Shown: positions 56,420-64,000 of the stretch, in pieces
Position numbering within the stretch: the stretch's first letter is position 1
Layout of the letters: each line of letters starts with the position of its first letter
NCBI RefSeq assembly: GCF_009914755.1
Contig: NC_060927.1
DNA: 64,000 nt
DNA from: the human T2T-CHM13v2.0 reference genome, Homo sapiens
Reading direction: 5' to 3' (one strand)
The notes under the pieces: generated by a model
Told to the model about the DNA's origin: nothing
The model's database searches: none
The model's input: only the letters and a program-made list of their open reading frames with translations
Position numbers and translations under genes: made by a program

Positions 56420-56607
56420 TAATTCTGAACAAGAATTTTGGAGGGGACACCATCATTCAAACCATAGCACCTACACACTGAATCAGAATTTGCATTTGAA
56501 CAAGATCCCCTAAGGATCTTGCACTTTGAAGTTTGAGAAGCACCTCTCTAAAAGCCCTAAAAGCTGACTACTTCTAAATGACCTGGCCAATATCCCTTGG
56601 CTGGTAA

Positions 56608-56784
<177 letters not shown>

Positions 56785-57074
56785 TGAGAAAAGTTGAGGC
56801 TCAGAGAGATTAAGTCATTTGCCGGAGGTCATGGAGGAGCCAGTTATGAGCAGCAGGCCACACCGAACTCAGAGCCAGTCACTGGGCTAGTTGAAAGGAT
56901 CCCAATGCAAGCAAAATGCAGACACTCTGAGACCAGGGAAGAGAAATTAAATTCAGTTTCATTTTGCTTTTTAGGGCAGAAGAAAGGGCTAGAAGAAGTA
57001 AAGCAGAGATGAGAAGGATGTAAGAGGAATTTGATCATCTAAAAATTGGGGCACACTTTATAATTCTGTCTTTA

Positions 57075-57409
<335 letters not shown>

Positions 57410-57589
57410 CAGATTTGGGGTGTGTGCCCCAAGTTGCTGGAGAAAAAGAGGACCAGGTTGACCCTAACCCTCTGGAGGCTTCAAAATGTCTCCCTGTGTG
57501 TTGGATGGTGTCACTTGAGGTCAGTTTCCAGGAAAGATAGCAAGGTGTACTATAAGAAACCACCTTGATATGTGGGGGCTTAAGACAAG

Positions 57590-58030
57590 CCTTTGTTATT
57601 GCTCTCAAGTCTATTTCTCAAATTAGGCATGTCCACTGATCTGGGTCCAGCGGAGCTGACCTCCACTGGGCTCACTCAGACATCTAACATCAGTGACAGG
57701 TTGTCTGGGGCTGTCTAGTCTTCGATGGCCTCACTTACACATCTGGAGGCCAGCAGGCTGTTGGCTGGGGTGATGGTGGAGTTTCAGCCTTGTGTCTCTC
57801 ACCATCCAGCAGGCTAGCTCAGGCTTGTTCACATGGCAGCAGTGCAGTTCCAAGGGAGGGAGCAGAAACATGCAAGGACAGATGCAGTCGGCCACACACT
57901 CAATCAGCTGCGTATTATCCATGGGGGTGCCAGCAATGATTCAAGAGGTGGGAAAATAGGTGCCACCTCTTGATAAGGTCATGCTGCAAGGAGTGGGACA
58001 TTGTGGCCATTTTTGAAAAAAAATTTACAG
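57590..58030 (-). mobile_element. MLT1G/H-type MaLR LTR
   Basis: TCTCTCACCATCCAGCAGGCTAGCTCAGGCTTGTTCACATGGCAG..GATTCAAGAGGTGGGAAAATAG. Confidence 0.7.
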
Positions 58031-58412
58031 ATTGGTTTATGGAAGCAGAAATATAAAACAATAGGGACAAACAATAGATAAATAATGAGGGTAGAGGAGA
58101 GGAGGTGGGGGGAGGAAGATTTTTTTTTAGTGCCAAAACACTAGTTTATTTATTGATTGATTCTTTTAACAAATACTTAGTGAGCATCTACTGTGGACCA
58201 GGTGCTATGCTGGCCCTGAAGGTATAACAGGAGGTAGACCTAGAACCTGCCCTCCTGGGTCTTACAGTTTAGAGCAGGAGACAGAAAAGGAAACCTACCC
58301 TACAATTCACCATGGCAAGTGCTATGTTAGGGGAAGTGCGGACAACTTTGGGGACTCACAGTAGGAATACCTAACCGGTCTCAGATGACAGAAGGAACCA
58401 GGGAAGGCTTTA

Positions 58413-59214
<802 letters not shown>

Positions 59215-59623
59215 AGGAAAGATTTTTAACTTGCCAGATTAGATTGGCATGTTACAAAGACCACTTGCTCATCTTGGTATGGAAGGTGGACATTTTGGGG
59301 AGAAGATTTTTGTAGGAATGGGGAAGATGAGATTCAGGAAGTACAGTTAGGAAATACTGAGCAATCCAAGCATAAAATGATGGCTGAACTAAAAGGAGAC
59401 TATAGGAATACAGAGTGGTGAACACACTGGAGAGATCCTTAGAAGGAAAATGCTCCAGGATTGTGTAGGAGAGGGCAGACTTTCCCTCTACCCTATGAGG
59501 CACTTGATAATTGCATCTATGAAATCAGCTGATAGTAGGCAGATGAACAGGTGATATAGTTTGGATGTGTCCCAGTCCAAATCTCATGTCGAATTGTAAT
59601 CTCCAATGTTGGAGGTGGGGCCT

Positions 59624-60222
59624 TGTTGGAAGTAAATGCTCGGTGCTGCCAAGTGAAAATAGCACTCAGGCAAAAGTTCTCTCAGCAAGGCAATTTACTT
59701 CTATAGAAGGGTGCGTCTCACAGATGGAGCAATGGCGAGAGCACACCGGACGATGGAGGGGAAGGGGTTCTTATTCCTGACACAGGTAGCCCCTACTGTT
59801 GTGTCTTTCCCCTATTGGCTAGGGTTGGACAGCACAGTCTAAGCTAATTCTGATTGGCTATTTTAAAGAGAGCAAGGGTATGAGCCAGAGTGGTGGGGTG
59901 AGTAGTTTTGGCGGGAGGGACAGTTACAGAGCAGGTGACTAAGGATTACTAAGGACAGAACAGGCGACTAAGGATGCCTAAGGACAGAACAGGTGATAGA
60001 GGCTAGGAGGGGGTTGTTTACTGAAACTACGGGCAAGGAAGGTAAAGAACGAGGAAGTTAGCTTTAAAATGGAGAACAAAGAACAGGGAAGCTGAACGTA
60101 CTGACATATTGGTTCTTTGAAGAAGAACTCAGAACTTATTGTACTTAACAATTTTTCTCCCTCTTGAATTTTAAAGGAAGTTAACAGGCTAAACTTGGAA
60201 GAGGAATTTACTATATCCTACA
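59624..60222 (-). mobile_element. LTR10-family ERV1 solo LTR
   Basis: TG...CA ends; 4-bp TSD GCCT (59620-59623, 60223-60226); CCCCTATTGGCTAGGGTTGGAC..CAGTCTAAGCTAATTC and ACTGACATATTGGTTCTTTGAAG motifs typical of LTR10. Confidence 0.75.
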
Positions 60223-60513
60223 GCCTGGTAGGAGGTGATTGGATCATAAGGGCAGATTTCTCATGAATGGTTTAGTACCATCCCCCTGGTACTGTCCTCA
60301 AGATAGAGATGGTGAGTGAATTCACAAGCAATCTGGTTGTTTAAAAGTGTGTAGCACCTCCTGCCTCTCTCTCTTGCTCCTGTTTTCGCCATGTGACCTG
60401 CTGACTCCCTTTTGCCTTCTGCCATGATTGTAAGTTTCCCGAGGCCACCCCAGAAGCCAAGCAGACATCAGCATAATGCTTCCTGTACAGTTGAAGAGCC
60501 ATGAGCCAATTAA

Positions 60514-60897
<384 letters not shown>

Positions 60898-62006
60898 TAG
60901 AAGTTTAGATCCTGTCTTCATGTATGACAGGGGAGGGGGTTTTGGCAACTTAAGGGAAAATGGATGATTTGGGGGAAAGATAAATGGGCCCTCAGAAGAA
61001 TACACAACAACCTGTGACAAAGTCTGTCTTGGCATGGCATCGACCTCCTGTCCCCTCTCCTGTGATAGGAGCCAATCTTCCCTGGTTGATGAGAGTCCAG
61101 GGAGGGGATTCATGACCACTGAGTTTCTTTTGGGGAGTCCACTTTAGGCAGATAAAGGGAACCCAGAGAAAGCTCTGCCTGTATTGCTATTCCCTGAATG
61201 CCCTCAGGCCAAAGCAATCAGAATACCAAACCAGCATGTTTTGGGGTGACATTTCCTGAATGCCTTCATCTGGTAATAACTGCAAGACAGCAGAAAATTC
61301 TAGAATGTTGTCTGGAATTTCTAGCTTCAGTGAGATGGATAGATGGTGGTACTATTCAGCAAGATAGAAAACCTTGGTTAAGGATAGTTGCCTTCATTGA
61401 GCACAAAATTTGATTCTAAGCTTCCCAGCAGCAAAGGCAAAAGGAAAACAAGATAAATGACCTCATCTCAAGGTTCCCTAACACGAACCACACCAGTGCA
61501 CTATAGAAACCAAACTTCCTCATAAGGTACACAAGGGGAATTGACTGAGGGGATCTCTGTAGAAAGGAGTGTGAACCAAATAAAAGAAAAGGCCTTTGGC
61601 AGTAGTTCTATAAAAGATGCAGAAATGTTCTTTGCAGGCCTGTTCGGTATATCAGCATCGACCCCTGATAAAAGCTGAGAGCAAGATATTAAATCACAGC
61701 TCTGTAGAGTAATTTGTTCAAAAAAAGTCAGTGGAATGGCCTCTGGGTACCTAACTTGCTAAAGAGTTTTGAGCTCCCAGCATCTAGAGAATTGAGAGAT
61801 TGGACAAATGAAAGGCACTTGCACTAATTAATACATTTTATAAACTTGAAATTAGGAGTTCAAGACCTACATGTGTAACTTAGTGCCCCAGGATAATTTT
61901 AAAGGGAAAAATATGAAAGTCCCAATTCCAGCAAATACCATTAACAACATAATCAAATAACTTAGGGCTTCATTTTTAAAATGTTGAAGCAATTAGAATC
62001 CATTGT

Positions 62007-62315
62007 GGCCTGGGCGCGGTGGCTCACGCCTGTAATCCTGGCACTTTGGGAGGCCAAGGCAGACAGATCACTTGAGGTCAGGAGTTCAAAACCAACCTGG
62101 CCAACATGGTGAAATCCCATCTCTACTAAAAATACAAAAATTAGCCAGGCATGGTGGCATGCGTCTGTAATCCCAGCCAGCTACTTGAGAGGCTTAGGCA
62201 GGAGAATCGCTTGAACCCGGGGGGCGGAGGTTGCAGTGAGCTCAGATAGAGCCACTGCACTTCAGTCTGAGCAATAGAGCAAGACTCCGTCTCAAAAAAA
62301 AAAAAAAAAAAAAAA
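62007..62315 (+). mobile_element. AluS
   Basis: TSD AGAATCCATTGTGG. Confidence 0.95.
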
Positions 62316-62329
62316 GAATCCATTGTGGG

Positions 62330-62620
62330 TTTTTTTTTTAATTAAATTTTTTCCTGATTACTAAGGTAATTCAGGTTTATTATAGAAATTAGGAAATTTC
62401 GGAGAAGTAGAAAGAAAAAAGTCATCTCTAATCCCAGCAAAGATATCTAACTGCTGTTAATATTGTGAGATATATATAAATATATATATATACACACACA
62501 TACATATATGTCTTTCCAATCATTTTTCTAGGCCTACATATAAGTAAATATTTTTCTCTTAAAAGAATTAGGATAAGGCTGGATCAACTGTTTTACATCC
62601 TGCTTTTTTTCACTACATTT
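62330..62620 (-). mobile_element. Old L1ME 3' fragment
   Basis: GTAATTCAGGTTTATTATAGAAATT..ACTGCTGTTAATATT..CATCCTGCTTTTTTTCACT. Confidence 0.5.
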
Positions 62621-63051
62621 GCTAATGACAAATAGAAGCCTTTGTTTTAAAGGAATTTAATGTTCCAATGACTTCTCTCAATTTCTCAAAATCTGTGTTT
62701 TTGTCACTCGTGTGGACTTTGGTGTAGTAACTCTGCTTGTCCTACTAGCTTTCTGAAAAACAGAAGAGAGGCTGGTGAACTTGACTTTTTCTTGCCAAGG
62801 ACTTAATTGTGTCATTTATAATAGAGATCTTGGGGCCTGGCATTTTAGCACACTGAGAAAGAAATATGCTAATGTGTTGTCCTTCACAGAGAGCACAAGA
62901 ATAATTAGCCACCCCAGGGCCACTCCTAAACAGGTTGTTGAAGCCTTGTTGCCTCCCTTCCTGGGGAACTTTCCAGAGGGAAATTCTTCCCTAGTAACTA
63001 TTCTACTGGCATGCAACTTCAATGCTTCCTTTCTCTTCCCTGCAATGTCAT

Positions 63052-63500
63052 TGTGGTAGATTGTAAAAAGGGACACAATACTACTTCTCTCATCAGAGAT
63101 TAAGTTTATTTTCTAAGCCCTTGAATCAGGGCTGACCTTGTGATTTTTGTTGATCCGTAGAAGTGGCGGATGTGACAACGTGTCAGTTCGAAGCCTAGGA
63201 CTTAAGAGGTCTCACTATTCTTGTTGCTCCTTTCCACCAACATGCAAACAAGCCTGGGCTAGCCTGTTGGGTGAAAAAAAAAAAACACTTGGAGAGAGGC
63301 CCCATTCATTCCAGCCAAGACCATTATAAACCAGCAGCCCCAGTGACCATGGGGGAGCCCAGTGGAAACTAGCTAAACCCAGACCAGACCAGAAGAACTG
63401 AAACTGATGACTTACTAAACTGAGAGCTAAATAAATGGTAGTTGTTTTGCGTTAGTAAGCTTTAGGGTAGTTGATTACACAGGAAAGGCTGGCTGATAGA
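63052..63500 (+). mobile_element. MLT1G/H-type MaLR LTR
   Basis: TGTGGTAGATTGTAAAAAGGGACACAA..CCCTTGAATCAGGGCTGACCTTGTGA..CAAGCCTGGGCTAGCCTG..AAATAAATGGTAGTTGTTTT. Confidence 0.7.
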
Positions 63501-63624
63501 ATCACCTGGGGCGGGGGCAGAGGTTGCTTTATTCTGTTTACGATAAAGTATTAATGTAAAAGCATTAATTGCGTAGCACCAGGTATGTAATAAGCATTCA
63601 ACAAATGGCATTAGTATCAAATGA

Positions 63625-63728
63625 GATGAGGGTATTGGCAGGGCTGGTACCTTCTGGAGGCTTCTGGAGAGAATCCATTTCCCTGCCTTTCACAGCTTCC
63701 AAAGGCTGCCTGCATTCCTTGGCTTATG
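63625..63728 (-). mobile_element. MLT1D fragment
   Basis: GGCAGGGCTGGTACCTTCTGGAGGCTTCTGGAGAGAATCCATTTCCCTGCC..GCATTCCTTGGCT. Confidence 0.7.
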
Positions 63729-63893
63729 GACACTGGATAAGACACAAAGACACAAAGGCAAAAACTATATCTATTTTGATTATGGGCACTAGTAGGTGGT
63801 CCCTAAATGATACTAATGCCATTTGTTGAATGCTTATTCCATACCTGGTGCTATGCAATTAATGCTTTTACATTAGTTGTTACTTTATCATAA

Positions 63894-64000
63894 ACAGAAT
63901 AAAGCAACCTCTGCCCCCGCCCCAAAAAGATGTGCACATTTCAATACCCAGAACCTGTGAATATGTTTTCTTACATAGCAAAGGGAATTTTGAAGATGTG
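63894..64000 (+). mobile_element. MLT1D LTR 5' start (runs off the window)
   Basis: CCCAAAAAGATGTGCACATTTCAATACCCAGAACCTGTGAATATGTT..TTACATAGCAAAGGGAATTTTGAAGATGTG. Confidence 0.7.

Overview
Primate (human or great-ape-like) euchromatic non-coding DNA, intergenic or deep intronic. I see no credible protein-coding exon, RNA gene or CpG island. The ORFs I could trace are Alu-, L1-, LTR- or microsatellite-derived, and the rest are short with no recognisable protein signal. The window is a dense transposon mosaic: about 45 Alu/FLAM copies (three clear AluY), many MIR and L2 fragments, old L1M fragments (no young L1PA seen), MaLR/ERVL LTRs (MST, MLT1, MLT2, LTR16/LTR33-like), two ERV1 LTRs, and DNA-transposon MITEs (MER3, MER5, MER33, MER58, Tigger2-type). 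I cannot name the locus and found no evidence for a new multi-gene system. The most notable sequence-level observations are: (i) template-switch scars inside Alus, including a 20-nt insertion copied from 586 bp away; (ii) a TSD-flanked, polyadenylated FLAM+FLAM composite; (iii) a multi-level nest L2 > ERV1 LTR > MSTB > LTR10-family LTR + Alu; (iv) very closely spaced inverted Alu pairs; (v) a few plus-strand splice-signal sets, including a branchpoint/polypyrimidine/AG-GTCCAG-GTAAGT microexon or recursive-splice-like motif. Repeat subfamily names come from remembered consensus motifs, and boundaries of old repeats are approximate (tens of bp).
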